Below are positions 46,130-57,212 of a stretch of DNA of 64,000 bases, piece by piece. The first letter of the stretch is position 1. Every line of letters begins with the position of its first letter. This DNA comes from Myxococcota bacterium (GTDB lineage Bacteria > Myxococcota_A > UBA796 > UBA2385). The notes beneath the pieces were generated by a model. It saw only the letters and a list, made by a program, of their open reading frames with translations. It was not told the DNA's origin and searched no databases. Made by a program: the position numbers and the translations under genes. The DNA lies in NCBI GenBank assembly GCA_044344255.1, contig JBIJDH010000002.1:1-64000 (forward strand). Reading direction: 5' to 3'.

Positions 46130-46233
46130 CGCTGCCTCCTGAGCTCCCCGGGTAGGGGAGGGCCGGCCTACTAACCTGGGGCGGCGCGCCGCGAGGTGAG
46201 GGGATAGCGGGGCCGCGCGCGGAGGGCGGCGAC

Positions 46234-47313
46234 ATGGGTGGAATCCTGCTCCTGGAAGACGGGCGCTCCTTTGAGGGAGAGGGCTTCGGCGCCCGTGGCA
46301 CGCGGGTGGGTGAGGTCGTCTTCAATACGGCGATGACCGGGTACCAGGAGGTCCTCACGGATCCCTCGTACACCGAGCAGATTGTCGTAATGACGGCGGC
46401 GCACGTGGGAAACACGGGTATGAACGACGAGGATCCGGAGAGCGCCCGCATTTGGCCCTCTGGCTTCATCGCCCGCAGCTTCTCGCGACTGCACTCGAAC
46501 CACCGCGCCAACGACGGCCTGGATCACGCGCTCCGGCGCGCCGAGCTCCCGGCGGTCCAAGGCATCGACACCCGCGCACTCGTCCGGCACATCCGCTCGA
46601 GGGGCGCCATGCGGGCCGTGATCTCCACGGACGGTACGTCGGCGGCCGATCTCTGGGAGCGGCTCAACGCCTGGCCGGGCATGGTCGGCCGCGCGCTCGC
46701 GGCCGAGGTGGGGACACGGATCCCCTATGTCTTCGCCGATCCAATCGCCCCGCGGGCCCGTGTGAGCGTGATCGACGGCGGGGTGAAGACCAACATCCTC
46801 CGCCTCCTCGCCGAGGCCGGCTGCAAGGTGGTCGTGCACCCCATCGAGGCCTCGGCGGCCACGTGGATGGAGGGCGCTGACCTGCTCTTCCTCAGCAACG
46901 GCCCGGGCGATCCCGCCGCCCTGCCCGGCGTCGTGGCCGAGCTCAGGGCCTGCCGCGGGCGGATCCCGATGGCCGGCATCTGCCTCGGCCACCAGCTCCT
47001 CGGCCTCACGGTCGGGGCCGACACCTTCAAGCTCCGCTTCGGCCACCGGGGCGCCAACCACCCGGTCCGCGACGAAGAGACGGGCCGCGTTGAGATCACG
47101 AGCCAGAACCATGGCTTCTGCGTCGATCCGGCGGGTGTGGTGGCCGCCGGCGGGGTGGTCACCCACGTCAACCTCAACGACCAGACCCTCGAGGGCTTCC
47201 GGCACGACGGCGACCGCATCATCGCCGTGCAGTACCACCCCGAGTCGGCCCCCGGCCCGCACGACAGCCGACACCTGCTGGTCGACCGCTTCTTGCGCTT
47301 CTGCGGCGCCTGA
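46234..47313 (+). CDS. carA: Carbamoyl-phosphate synthase small subunit
   Basis: GEVVFNTAMTGYQEVLTDPSY, SNGPGDP, GICLGHQ and QYHPE motifs. Confidence 0.97.
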   Translation: MGGILLLEDGRSFEGEGFGARGTRVGEVVFNTAMTGYQEVLTDPSYTEQIVVMTAAHVGNTGMNDEDPESARIWPSGFIARSFSRLHSNHRANDGLDHALRRAELPAVQGIDTRALVRHIRSRGAMRAVISTDGTSAADLWERLNAWPGMVGRALAAEVGTRIPYVFADPIAPRARVSVIDGGVKTNILRLLAEAGCKVVVHPIEASAATWMEGADLLFLSNGPGDPAALPGVVAELRACRGRIPMAGICLGHQLLGLTVGADTFKLRFGHRGANHPVRDEETGRVEITSQNHGFCVDPAGVVAAGGVVTHVNLNDQTLEGFRHDGDRIIAVQYHPESAPGPHDSRHLLVDRFLRFCGA

Positions 47314-47337
47314 GCGGCCGCATCGCGGAGGTCTGCC

Positions 47338-47814
47338 TCAGCGCTCGAAGGTCCAGTCGCCCTGGAGGGCGCCGGTGCCGCCGGGGACCGCCAGGGCGCA
47401 GGCCCCATGGATCTCGTCCTGGTCAAGATCGCCGCTCGCCGTGAACACGAAGGTGCCCTCGTCGTTCTTGAGCTCGCTCGTGACCTCGATGAAGGTACCG
47501 TTCCGTTCGCCCTTGAGATCGCCCTTGAAGCTGCGGTCTCCCGACATGTCGAAGGTGAAGTTGCCCTCGAAGGTGCGTCCGCTCCCGCTCTCGACGTCGG
47601 ACTCCATCTCGGCCTGGTAGACGTAGGCGAAGTCGGTGCTCCCGAAGTCACAAGCGCCGAACCAGTGCCCGTTCATGTCTGTGCAGCCGGCGAGGGCGAG
47701 GAGCGGTAGCAGGGCCGCCGCGCGGCTGCGGGGGCCGAAGCGGGGGAGGCGAGGGGAGCGGGGGAGGTGAGCGGAGCGGGAGGGGTAGGGGGAGCGCATC
47801 TCATGTTCTAGCAC
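47338..47814 (-). CDS. Hypothetical beta-rich lipoprotein
   Basis: Lipobox LAGC followed by a small beta-strand-rich domain with two Cys. Start uncertain. Confidence 0.6.
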   Translation of the reverse strand: MLEHEMRSPYPSRSAHLPRSPRLPRFGPRSRAAALLPLLALAGCTDMNGHWFGACDFGSTDFAYVYQAEMESDVESGSGRTFEGNFTFDMSGDRSFKGDLKGERNGTFIEVTSELKNDEGTFVFTASGDLDQDEIHGACALAVPGGTGALQGDWTFER

Positions 47815-47913
47815 GGGGAGGCTCGATCGGCCGCGCCAACGGGCGCCCTCCGTGGCCCGGGTGGACCCTCCCTAGGTGGCCTGGGTTAGCGGAGCCGCTC
47901 ATTCGGAGCCCCC

Positions 47914-49022
<1,109 letters not shown>

Positions 49023-49023
<1 letters not shown>

Positions 49024-49880
49024 TGGCGTTCACCCTCCCCGGTGCCACGGTCCTCTCGGCGGTGCGCTGCTTTGGCGGGGAGCAGCTCCAGCTCCGCCAT
49101 GACAGCGCCGTCCTCGGCGTCCCGATGGTCTTCTCGGTCTACCTGCCGCCGGCGGCGGAGGCCGGCCCGGTGCCGGTGCTCTGGTGGCTGTCGGGCCTCA
49201 CCTGCACCGACCAGAACTTCGTGACCAAGGCCGGTGCCCAACGGGTCGCTGCGGAGCTCGGCGTCGCCCTCATCACCCCCGACACGTCCCCGCGCGGGCC
49301 CGACGTGCCCGGTGATCCGGACGGCGGCTGGGACTTCGGGCTGGGCGCGGGCTTCTACGTCGACGCCACCGAGGCGCCCTGGCGCACGCACTACCGAATG
49401 TACAGCTACCTCCGAGACGAGCTGCCGGGGGTGGCGGCGGCGCTGCCGATCGACCTCACGCGGCAGGCGATCAGCGGACACTCGATGGGCGGCCATGGGG
49501 CCCTGGTGATGGCCCTGCGCAACCCGGGTCGCTTCCGCTCCGTCTCCGCCTTCGCGCCGGTCTGCGCGCCCTCGGTGGCGCCGTGGGGGGTCAAGGCCTT
49601 CGGTCGGTACCTCGGGCCCGACCTCGCGGCCTGGCGCGCCTACGACACGACCGCCTTGCTCGCGGGGGCGACCGAGCGCCTGCCGCTGCTCATCGACGAG
49701 GGGGAGGCCGACCCCTTCCGGGCGGAGCAGCTCGGCCTCTCGCGCTTGGAGGCGGAGGCCGCGCGGGTGGGGCACCCGGTCGAGCTCCGGCGGCGGCCTG
49801 GCTACGACCACAGCTACTTCTTCGTCGCCACCTTCATCGAGGAGCACCTCCGCTGGCACGCGGCGGCCCTCCGGGCTTGA
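49023..49880 (+). CDS. fghA: S-formylglutathione hydrolase
   Basis: LSGLTCT, PDTSPRG, GAGFYVDAT, GHSMGGHGA and GYDHSYFF motifs; TGATG coupling to frmA. Confidence 0.95.
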
Positions 49881-49898
49881 GCGCGCCGGGCGCGGTGG

Positions 49899-52800
49899 TC
49901 AACGCACCCCACCCAAGAGCAGGTAGACCGCTCCGCCCGTCGCGCCGCCGGTGTCGTCGCTGTAGCCGCTGACCCAGATGTCAGGGTAGCCGTCCGCGTT
50001 GTTGTCTCCCCCGGCGGCGACGGAGTAACCTGCGAAGTCCTGAGCGTCTTCGCCGACGATGAAGACGTCGGCGGCGGAGGCGGCCTGGGTGCCCGAGACC
50101 GGCCCATAGAACAGGTAGGCGGCGCCCGCCGCGGTGCCGACGGTGTCCTCCCCGTAGGCGCCGAGCAGCAGGTCGGCGTAGCCGTCGTCATCGACGTCCC
50201 CGGCGCCGTCGAGGCCGCGGGAGAGGTAGTCGTTGGCCGCGCCGCCCGTGAAGGTTGCGGTGGCGGCGGTGGCCGCCTTGCTGCCGGTGGTGCCGCCGAG
50301 GAAGAGCCAGGCGCTGCCGGAGGATGCCCCTCCGGTGTCGGCGTTGTAGGCGCCGATGAACACGTCATCGTAGCCGTCACCGTTCACGTCACCGCCACCG
50401 CTCACCGTCTGGCCGAGGCCATCGCTGGCGACCGTCCCCGACACCCGCAGCGTGTAGGTGGAGGCGTCGACCGCGCCGGAGGGGGCGTTGGTGAAGACAT
50501 AGGCGGCGCCGGCGTAGGTGAGGGCGCCGCTGGGCGCGCGGCCCGGGGCGCCGATGATGAGGTCGTGGCTGCCGTCCCCGTCGAAGTCGCCGGCGTCGTC
50601 CACGGCGGTGCCGAAGGCGTCGGGGCCGTCTTCGCCGATGATGCGCCCGTCCGCGTAGGTGGCGGCGAGGATCGACGTGGAGCTGGAGTGCGGTCCGTAG
50701 AACAGGTAGGCGATGCCCGCCGCCGAGCCGCCGCTGTCCTGGCTGGGTGCGCCCACCGCGACCTCGCCGATCGTGTCGCTGTCCATGCTGCCGATGAGGG
50801 CGACCGAGGCGCCGAGGTAGTCCCCCGCCGTGTTCCCGCCGAGGATGAGGTCAGCCCCCGCGGAGGCGGTGGTGGTGCCGCTCGCCGGCGCCCCAAACAG
50901 GATGTAGGCGGCGCCTGCGTTTGAGGAGGAGAGGTCGGAGTACTTCGAGCCGAAGATCGCGTCGTCGTAGCTGTCGCCGTCGAGATCCTGACCGCCGCTC
51001 AGGCTGGCCGCGAAGTTGTCGCCGGAGGTGTCCCCGGTGATCCGAGCGCGGGCGCCGCTGAGCGAAACGATGCCTGTATTGGGTCCGTACACGATCCAAG
51101 CCTGACCGGTGGCGGTGGCGTAGCTGGCGCCGCCGACCAGCACGTCATCGTACCCGTCCTGGTTCATGTCGCCGGCCGAGGCGACGCTCATCCCGGCGTA
51201 GTAGGAGGCGGCCTCCCCATAGAGCTTGGCGTCGGCGTCGGCGAGGTCGATCGTGCCCTCGAGGCCGCAGGCCCCGTCGGCGCCGCTGCAGTCCTGGTCG
51301 ACCCCGTCCTCACAGACCTCCGGCGCGCCCGGGTACACGGTGAGCGCGGCGTCGTCGCAGTCTGTCTTGCTCGTGACGTAGCCGGTCGGCTTGTCGCAAG
51401 CGGTGGCCTTGACCGTGGAGCTCCCGTAGGTGTCGCCGTCGGCGTCCTGGTACCAGGAGCTCTTCCCAGAGGCGCCGGAGTCGAGGTCATCGGCGAGGCC
51501 GTCACAGTCCTCATCGGTGTTCGAGGCGTCGCAGAGCTCGGTGGCGCCGGGGTGGATGGCGCTGTTCGAGTCTTTACAGTCCGAGCTGTCGGAGACGTAG
51601 CCGGTGGGGGCGGCGCAGGCGGCCTTGGTGGTGGCAGTGGTGCCGTAGCCGTCGCTGTCGGCGTCGCGGTACCAGGTGGTCGTGCCGGTCACGCTCGTGT
51701 CGGCGTCGTCGATCAGGCCGTCGCAGTCGTCGTCGACGCTGTTGCAGGCCTCGGCGTCGGCGGGGGAGATGGCCGCGCTCGTGTCGTCGCAGTCGGTGCG
51801 GCTGGCGACGTAGCCGGTGGGCTTCGAGCAGGCCGAGGTGGAAACCGCAGGGTCTCCGTAGCCGTCGCTGTCACCGTCCGCGTACCAGGTGGCGGCGTCG
51901 ACCGCGCTGTCGTCGGCCGTGCCGTCACAGTCATCGTCCAGGCTGTTGCAGAGCTCGCTCGCCCCCGGGTAGGCGCTGGCGCGGCTGTCGTCACAGTCTT
52001 GGTCGTCGGCGACGGTGCCCGCGAGCGGATCGCAGGCGTAGGTGACGGCGGTGGCGTCGCCGTAGGTGTCGCCGTCGCTGTCGGCGTACCAGGCGAGCGG
52101 GTCGATGGCGTCGGCGCCGTCGGTGAGGGTGTCGCAGTTGTTGTCGAGGCCGTCGCAGCGCTCGTCGGCGTCGGGTGAGATGGCGGCGTCGCCGTCGTCG
52201 CAGTCGTCGTCGGAGGCGGCGTAGCCGGAGGGGAGCGCGCAGGCGGAGAGGGGGAGAGCAGGGTCCCCGTGGCCGTCCCCGTCGCCGTCGGCGTACCAGG
52301 TGGGGGCGTCTGCGGGGGGGCCCTCGTCGGTGGAGCCGTCACAGTCGTCATCCACGTCGTTACAGCGCTCCTCGGCGCCGGGGTACACGCTGGCGTCGGC
52401 GTCGTCGCAGTCGTCGCCGCCCCAGTCTGTCGAGACGGCGCCGTCCCCGTCCTGGTCGGCCTCGACCACCTCGATCACCACGGAGGCGGCGCCGGTCTTG
52501 CCGCTGCTGTCGGTGGCCGTCACGTCGAGGCTGGTGAGGCCCAGCGGGAGATCGGTGATGTAGAAGCGGGCCCAGCCGTCGGAGGTGGGGGCGGCGGGCG
52601 CGCTCGCCCCCGCTGAGGCCGACCAGTCGAGGCGGAGCGCGGTGATGTCGGCCTCGTCGGCGTCGGTCACCTCGAGCTCTACGCTCACGGGCTCGCCGCG
52701 GAGCTGGGTGTCGGTGGCGAGCGGCGCGGCGAAGCGCGGCGCGGGGGCGGCCCCGGCGGCGACGGTGAGCGCGAGCTGATCCTGGCCCGAGGCGGCGTCG

Positions 52801-53111
52801 GGATCGACGACGGTGAGCTGGATCTCATGCTGACCCGCCGGCAGGCCCAGGGGGAGCACGAACAGCACGCTGTCGGGGGTGATGGTGGTCTCCCCGCTCA
52901 ACGGGGCGCCGGTGCTGTCCTGCCAGAAGTAGCTCAGCGCCTCGTTGTCGGACTCGCGGTCGGAGACCTGGGCGATCAGGCTCAGCGGCTCGCCCTCACC
53001 CACCTCCGAGCCGTCGGCGGGCGAGGTGAAGCTGACCGCCGGGGCGTCATTGTGGACCTTCAGTCCGGAGTCAGAGCAGGCGGAAAGCAAGAGGAACAAG
53101 GCGGGTCGCAT
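49899..53111 (-). CDS. Lipoprotein with Ig-like domains, MopE-like Asp/Cys repeats and C-terminal FG-GAP repeats
   Basis: Lipobox LSAC; DCDD...PGA.E.C...DDDCDG and WYxDxDGDGYG repeats; GDxxGDGYDD FG-GAP repeats. Confidence 0.88.
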   Translation of the reverse strand: MRPALFLLLSACSDSGLKVHNDAPAVSFTSPADGSEVGEGEPLSLIAQVSDRESDNEALSYFWQDSTGAPLSGETTITPDSVLFVLPLGLPAGQHEIQLTVVDPDAASGQDQLALTVAAGAAPAPRFAAPLATDTQLRGEPVSVELEVTDADEADITALRLDWSASAGASAPAAPTSDGWARFYITDLPLGLTSLDVTATDSSGKTGAASVVIEVVEADQDGDGAVSTDWGGDDCDDADASVYPGAEERCNDVDDDCDGSTDEGPPADAPTWYADGDGDGHGDPALPLSACALPSGYAASDDDCDDGDAAISPDADERCDGLDNNCDTLTDGADAIDPLAWYADSDGDTYGDATAVTYACDPLAGTVADDQDCDDSRASAYPGASELCNSLDDDCDGTADDSAVDAATWYADGDSDGYGDPAVSTSACSKPTGYVASRTDCDDTSAAISPADAEACNSVDDDCDGLIDDADTSVTGTTTWYRDADSDGYGTTATTKAACAAPTGYVSDSSDCKDSNSAIHPGATELCDASNTDEDCDGLADDLDSGASGKSSWYQDADGDTYGSSTVKATACDKPTGYVTSKTDCDDAALTVYPGAPEVCEDGVDQDCSGADGACGLEGTIDLADADAKLYGEAASYYAGMSVASAGDMNQDGYDDVLVGGASYATATGQAWIVYGPNTGIVSLSGARARITGDTSGDNFAASLSGGQDLDGDSYDDAIFGSKYSDLSSSNAGAAYILFGAPASGTTTASAGADLILGGNTAGDYLGASVALIGSMDSDTIGEVAVGAPSQDSGGSAAGIAYLFYGPHSSSTSILAATYADGRIIGEDGPDAFGTAVDDAGDFDGDGSHDLIIGAPGRAPSGALTYAGAAYVFTNAPSGAVDASTYTLRVSGTVASDGLGQTVSGGGDVNGDGYDDVFIGAYNADTGGASSGSAWLFLGGTTGSKAATAATATFTGGAANDYLSRGLDGAGDVDDDGYADLLLGAYGEDTVGTAAGAAYLFYGPVSGTQAASAADVFIVGEDAQDFAGYSVAAGGDNNADGYPDIWVSGYSDDTGGATGGAVYLLLGGVR

Positions 53112-53181
53112 GGGATCTCGGGCATCGGCGATTCGGGTTCGACGCTTGCAGGATACTCCGACAGGCGGCTACACGCGCCCC

Positions 53182-53991
53182 ATGCCCGTCGCCCCTACCG
53201 TGCCCGCCCTCGCTTTCACCCTCACTGGCCCCGCCGGCGGCCCGCCGCTGGTGCTGGTCACCGGGATGGGGGGCGTGCAGGCCGCCTTCGCGCTCCAGAT
53301 CAAGGCCTTCGCCGACCGATGGCGCGTGCTCACCTACGATCAGCGCGGGCTCGGGGCCTCCGAGGTGGTCGACCGCGACGTCACCATGCGCGACTACGCC
53401 CTTGACCTCGTCCATCTGCTGGACCACCTCGGCGTCGAGCGGGCCGCCTTCCTCGGCCTCTCCTTCGGCGGGCGTGTCCTCCAGGAGCTCGCGATCGGCT
53501 GGCCCGAGCGGGTGGAGCGGCTGATCATCGGCGGCACCTCGGCCGGGGGGCGGCTCCACATCGGCGGCAGCGCCGAGGGCTATCGGGCCCTCACGGAGTC
53601 CTCCGCCCTCGATGAGGAGGGCTGGCGAACCCGCCTCCTCCCCGCGCTCTTCGGGCCGGTCTACCGGAACAAGTACCCCGATCGGATGGAGGCCTTCGCC
53701 CGCTGGCGGGTGCGGTACCCCACCAACCCCGTCGCGATCGCGCGGCAGTGGCAGGCCTGGTCGACCTTCGACACCTCTGACCGCCTGCATCGCATCACCG
53801 CCCCGACCCTCATCCTGCACGGCGACGATGACGCCCTCTCCCCCGTCGAGAACGCCGAGCTGCTGGCCGAGCGCATCCCTGGGGCGGAGCTCATGGTCCT
53901 CCACGACGTGGGCCACAGCCCCAACGTCGAAGATCCGGCTCGCTTCAACGCCGTCGTCCGGGCCTTCCTGGAGCGGCCCCTCGTGGGCTAA
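53182..53991 (+). CDS. Alpha/beta fold hydrolase
   Basis: YDQRGLG, nucleophile GLSFGG, HGDDD and GH motifs. Confidence 0.9.
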   Translation: MPVAPTVPALAFTLTGPAGGPPLVLVTGMGGVQAAFALQIKAFADRWRVLTYDQRGLGASEVVDRDVTMRDYALDLVHLLDHLGVERAAFLGLSFGGRVLQELAIGWPERVERLIIGGTSAGGRLHIGGSAEGYRALTESSALDEEGWRTRLLPALFGPVYRNKYPDRMEAFARWRVRYPTNPVAIARQWQAWSTFDTSDRLHRITAPTLILHGDDDALSPVENAELLAERIPGAELMVLHDVGHSPNVEDPARFNAVVRAFLERPLVG

Positions 53992-54052
53992 GGTTTGGGC
54001 TCCGATCCGGCGCGGCGCCCGATCGGGACGGATCCAGCGCCCCGGCGGCCCC

Positions 54053-54508
54053 ATGACCCCCTCCTACGCTCCGCTCCTTGTGCTCACGCTCACCCTCGCC
54101 TGTGGGCACGGCCCTGCGAAGGTCCCCGCGAGCGCCCCGTCCGGCGCCCCGTCCGGCGCCCCGTCCGACGCCGGAGCCCCCAGCGCGGCGGAGCCCGGTG
54201 ACACCGTCCTCATCGGCACCCTCGTCCACAAGCGCTGGTCGAAGACGATGGAGTCCTGGGACGCGGGGGGCAGCGATTATTTTGTCCTGGAGACCGGCGA
54301 CGAGACGGTGGTGCTCCAGCTCACCGGCCCCGTGACCGGCGAGGCCCTGCTCCCGCTGGACGGCAAGAAGGTGGAGCTCCAAGGCCGGATGGTCGAGGGC
54401 AAGGTGCCTGAGATGCCTCCCCACTCCCAGTACCCGATGGACATGAACGGCGGCCCCCTGCCCACGGGGGCGGGCTTCCGCGTCTCGGCCGCGCGGATCC
54501 TCCCTTGA
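54053..54508 (+). CDS. Hypothetical lipoprotein with small beta-barrel (OB-like) domain
   Basis: Lipobox TLAC and an (APSG)n linker encoded by a 12-bp tandem repeat at 54132-54167. Confidence 0.7.
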   Translation: MTPSYAPLLVLTLTLACGHGPAKVPASAPSGAPSGAPSDAGAPSAAEPGDTVLIGTLVHKRWSKTMESWDAGGSDYFVLETGDETVVLQLTGPVTGEALLPLDGKKVELQGRMVEGKVPEMPPHSQYPMDMNGGPLPTGAGFRVSAARILP

Positions 54509-54658
54509 GGGGAAGCGGGCGATGAACAGGGGGGCGCTCGCCCGGCGGCCCCGCTTGAGGCATCATGTCTCCCACACCTCCGTCCCCCGTGACCCTTGAT
54601 CACCGCCCGGCGCGTCCGCCTCTGCCTGAGAGATCTGTACCACCAGGACGTGGTGGAG

Positions 54659-55816
54659 ATGATCGAGCGGGAGACTCGTAAGTACCAGCTCTGGATCATC
54701 GAAGACCCCTCCGATCCCCACTTCGAGAACGCGTATCGGACCCTCTGGGAGGCCTTCGGCCCCACGGGCGAGATGGAGCGGCGGGAGGCCATCGAGGCCT
54801 TCCTCCGCGACAGCCCCTTCGAGCCCTTCAAGACGGGCACCTATGTGCGGTACTTCCTGCTCGTCGCGACCGATGAGAAGGGCGTGGTGCGCGGTGTCCG
54901 CGATGGGTCTGTGCTGGTCAACCCCGCCTACTCGCCCGATCTGTGCGTGGTGTACCTCAGCCACATCTACATGATGCCGGAGGCCCGCGGGACGGTGCTC
55001 TCCTACTGGCTGCGCATCTCCCCCTTGGAGATCGCCGTGCAGTACCTCGCCGATCTGCACCAGCGCGGGCTCGTCAACCTGCCGCTGCCCCACCAGCCCT
55101 CCCGCTACTTTGGCATGCGGATGAACCTCGCCGCCGAGATGGAGTACTGGGCGCCGGAAGACCCCATCTCCCTCCAGCGGGTGCTCTTCTACGGCCGCGG
55201 CGGCTTCGACGTCATCAACCCCGCGCACTTCCCCTATCGGCAGCCCGACTTTCGCGATCCCGAGGAGATCCGGGCCACGGGGAACTGCCCCTTGCCCTTC
55301 ATGCTCCTGCTCCGGCGCATGGGGCGGGAGCGCCAGGCGGCGCTGCCGATCGAGGAGGCCGAGGCTGTGATGCGGCTCATCTACGACGACTTCGCCGAGT
55401 TCTGCGCCCCCGAATTTCTGGAGAACAGCCTCGATCTCGTGCTGGAGCGCCTCGAGAGCCAGCGGAGCCGCGGCAAGCGGGCGATCGAGCTCCTGCCGAT
55501 GCCCACCGGGCCGAAGGACATGCAGCGGCTCAAGAAGATCTTTCGATACAGCGTCTTCAAGAAGCACTACAAGGGTTCACCGGACACCCAGGAGTACCTG
55601 AACGGTCCGATCAAGGACCTCGTGGCCGCCGACCCTCGGTACGTGGATCACGAGATCGGTCGGATCAAGGAGGCCTTGTCGAGGCGGCCCCACTATGTCT
55701 ACGGGAGCCGCGACAAGCACTTCTCCTGGGACGGCACCCCGATGGAGGAGCCAGAGGAGCAGACCCAGCCCGTCGAGGTCCATGAGAACGGCCTCGCCGA
55801 GCCCTTCCGCGGCTGA
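54659..55816 (+). CDS. Hypothetical protein with GNAT-like acyltransferase fold
   Basis: YLSHIYMMPEARG (motif A-like) and RVLFYGRGGF...YRQPDF; strong coding bias. Confidence 0.6.
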   Translation: MIERETRKYQLWIIEDPSDPHFENAYRTLWEAFGPTGEMERREAIEAFLRDSPFEPFKTGTYVRYFLLVATDEKGVVRGVRDGSVLVNPAYSPDLCVVYLSHIYMMPEARGTVLSYWLRISPLEIAVQYLADLHQRGLVNLPLPHQPSRYFGMRMNLAAEMEYWAPEDPISLQRVLFYGRGGFDVINPAHFPYRQPDFRDPEEIRATGNCPLPFMLLLRRMGRERQAALPIEEAEAVMRLIYDDFAEFCAPEFLENSLDLVLERLESQRSRGKRAIELLPMPTGPKDMQRLKKIFRYSVFKKHYKGSPDTQEYLNGPIKDLVAADPRYVDHEIGRIKEALSRRPHYVYGSRDKHFSWDGTPMEEPEEQTQPVEVHENGLAEPFRG

Positions 55817-55837
55817 GCAGGGCCGCGGCGCCGAGGC

Positions 55838-55873
55838 CCCTCAGGGTGACCCTCAGGGTGACCCTCAGGGTGA
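55838..55873. repeat. 12-bp tandem repeat (CCCTCAGGGTGA)x3 at the junction of convergent genes
   Basis: Three exact copies with quasi-palindromic units; one copy contains the stop codon of 55865..57076. Confidence 0.9.
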
Positions 55874-57076
55874 GGAGAGGCCGAGGCCGCGGAAGGTGGC
55901 GGCGCGGGACTCCACGCGGCCCCCCCGCACGAACAGGGCCTCGCAGACCCGATCGAGCAGCTCGCCGCTCTTGGCCGGCCGGGCGATCACCGGATCCCCG
56001 ACGCTGAAGCCGGCGGGCAGGGGGGCGGTGATGCGGAAGGGCGTCTGTACCTCTCCCCAGCCTTCGAAGGGGAGGGGGCGGAGCCCGGCCGGGAGGATCA
56101 CCTGGGGGGCGCGGTCTTCGTTCACCGGCCCCGAGGCGATCCAGCCGCCGCCCATGGCCGTCAGGTGGTCTCCGTCGGGGCGCCGGCAGGCGGCGAGGGC
56201 GAAGAAGCAGGCGGGGACGAGCGACAGGCCGTCGTAATGATCGAAGAGGTGAGGGGCCAGGAAGCCCGAGCCCACCGTGATCTCGGTGACGGAGGGGTCA
56301 CGCGCGGTGAAGAGCAGGGAGCCCGTCCCCCCGCCGTTGACCACCTGGACGGGGAGGCCGGCCTCCTTGAGGCCCTCGACCGTGATCAGCCGTCGATCGA
56401 GCACGGCCGCCTGCGACTGCCGCTTGATGAGGGCGCGGGCGGGGTCGAGCGCGCGGCTGCCGGCGTTTCGGTCGGGCACGCCGGCGATCTGGGCCTCGTA
56501 GCTGAGCAGGCCAACCGGGAAGAGCCCGGGGGTGTCCGCGACCCGCCGGGCGAGCTCCACCGCCAGCGCTGGGTTGCGCAGCGGCGAGCGGCGGGCGCCG
56601 AAGCTGAGGCGACCGACCGGGCTCCAGGAGAGGTCAAGGTCGATGAGGACGGGCAGGGTGACCCCCGCCTCGGCGGCGAGGGGGCCGAGGAGGGTGAGGT
56701 GGGCCGGCTCATCGACCACCACGCGCACGAGGGCCCCGGCCGCCGCCACCCGCACCAGGGCCTGCGCCTCGGCCGGCCGGGAGGGTGGATAGGCGAGCAG
56801 GAGGTCGTCGAAGCCGAGGCCGTGCAGCAGCTCCACCTCGGCCGCTGTGGAGGCGAAGAGGCCCTGGATCCTCGGCATCCCGCCTGCGAGCAGGTGGCGG
56901 AGGAGGGAGGGGCAGCGCAGCGCCTTCGTGCCGAGCCGGAGGCTGACGCCGGTGCCCTCGGTGGGGGCGAGCAGCGTCCGTAGGTTCTGTTCAACCGCGT
57001 CCAAGTCGATGATCGCGGCTGGCAGGGCCTCTTCGCGCAGCATGTCGCGCCAGGCGGCGTAGTGGGCAAGGTCCAT
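55865..57076 (-). CDS. PLP fold-type III enzyme (alanine racemase / D-amino acid deaminase-aldolase family)
   Basis: PAAIIDLDA, PLP-lysine in GTKALRC, DDLLLAYP, YEAQIAG, NGGGTGS and GEVQTP motifs. Confidence 0.85.
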   Translation of the reverse strand: MDLAHYAAWRDMLREEALPAAIIDLDAVEQNLRTLLAPTEGTGVSLRLGTKALRCPSLLRHLLAGGMPRIQGLFASTAAEVELLHGLGFDDLLLAYPPSRPAEAQALVRVAAAGALVRVVVDEPAHLTLLGPLAAEAGVTLPVLIDLDLSWSPVGRLSFGARRSPLRNPALAVELARRVADTPGLFPVGLLSYEAQIAGVPDRNAGSRALDPARALIKRQSQAAVLDRRLITVEGLKEAGLPVQVVNGGGTGSLLFTARDPSVTEITVGSGFLAPHLFDHYDGLSLVPACFFALAACRRPDGDHLTAMGGGWIASGPVNEDRAPQVILPAGLRPLPFEGWGEVQTPFRITAPLPAGFSVGDPVIARPAKSGELLDRVCEALFVRGGRVESRAATFRGLGLSSP

Positions 57077-57212
57077 GGCTCAGGTCCTGCGGCGTTCCGA
57101 GGTGGCCTCAAGCGCCCCGGTGTGGGCTGTGTACCACGGCGTCGGCCGGCGAGGCGTGGCCTCGACCGGGCAGGGAGGTGCCGGTCTGTCACCCGCTGAA
57201 TAGGTCGGCGGA

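Noticed and set aside
46234..47313. carA without adjacent carB
   Set aside because: Split carA and carB genes are common, so this is not notable by itself.
47820..47913. FrmR/CsoR-type operator upstream of frmA
   Set aside because: Only weak C/G tracts without the AT-rich inverted flanks, and no regulator gene is adjacent.
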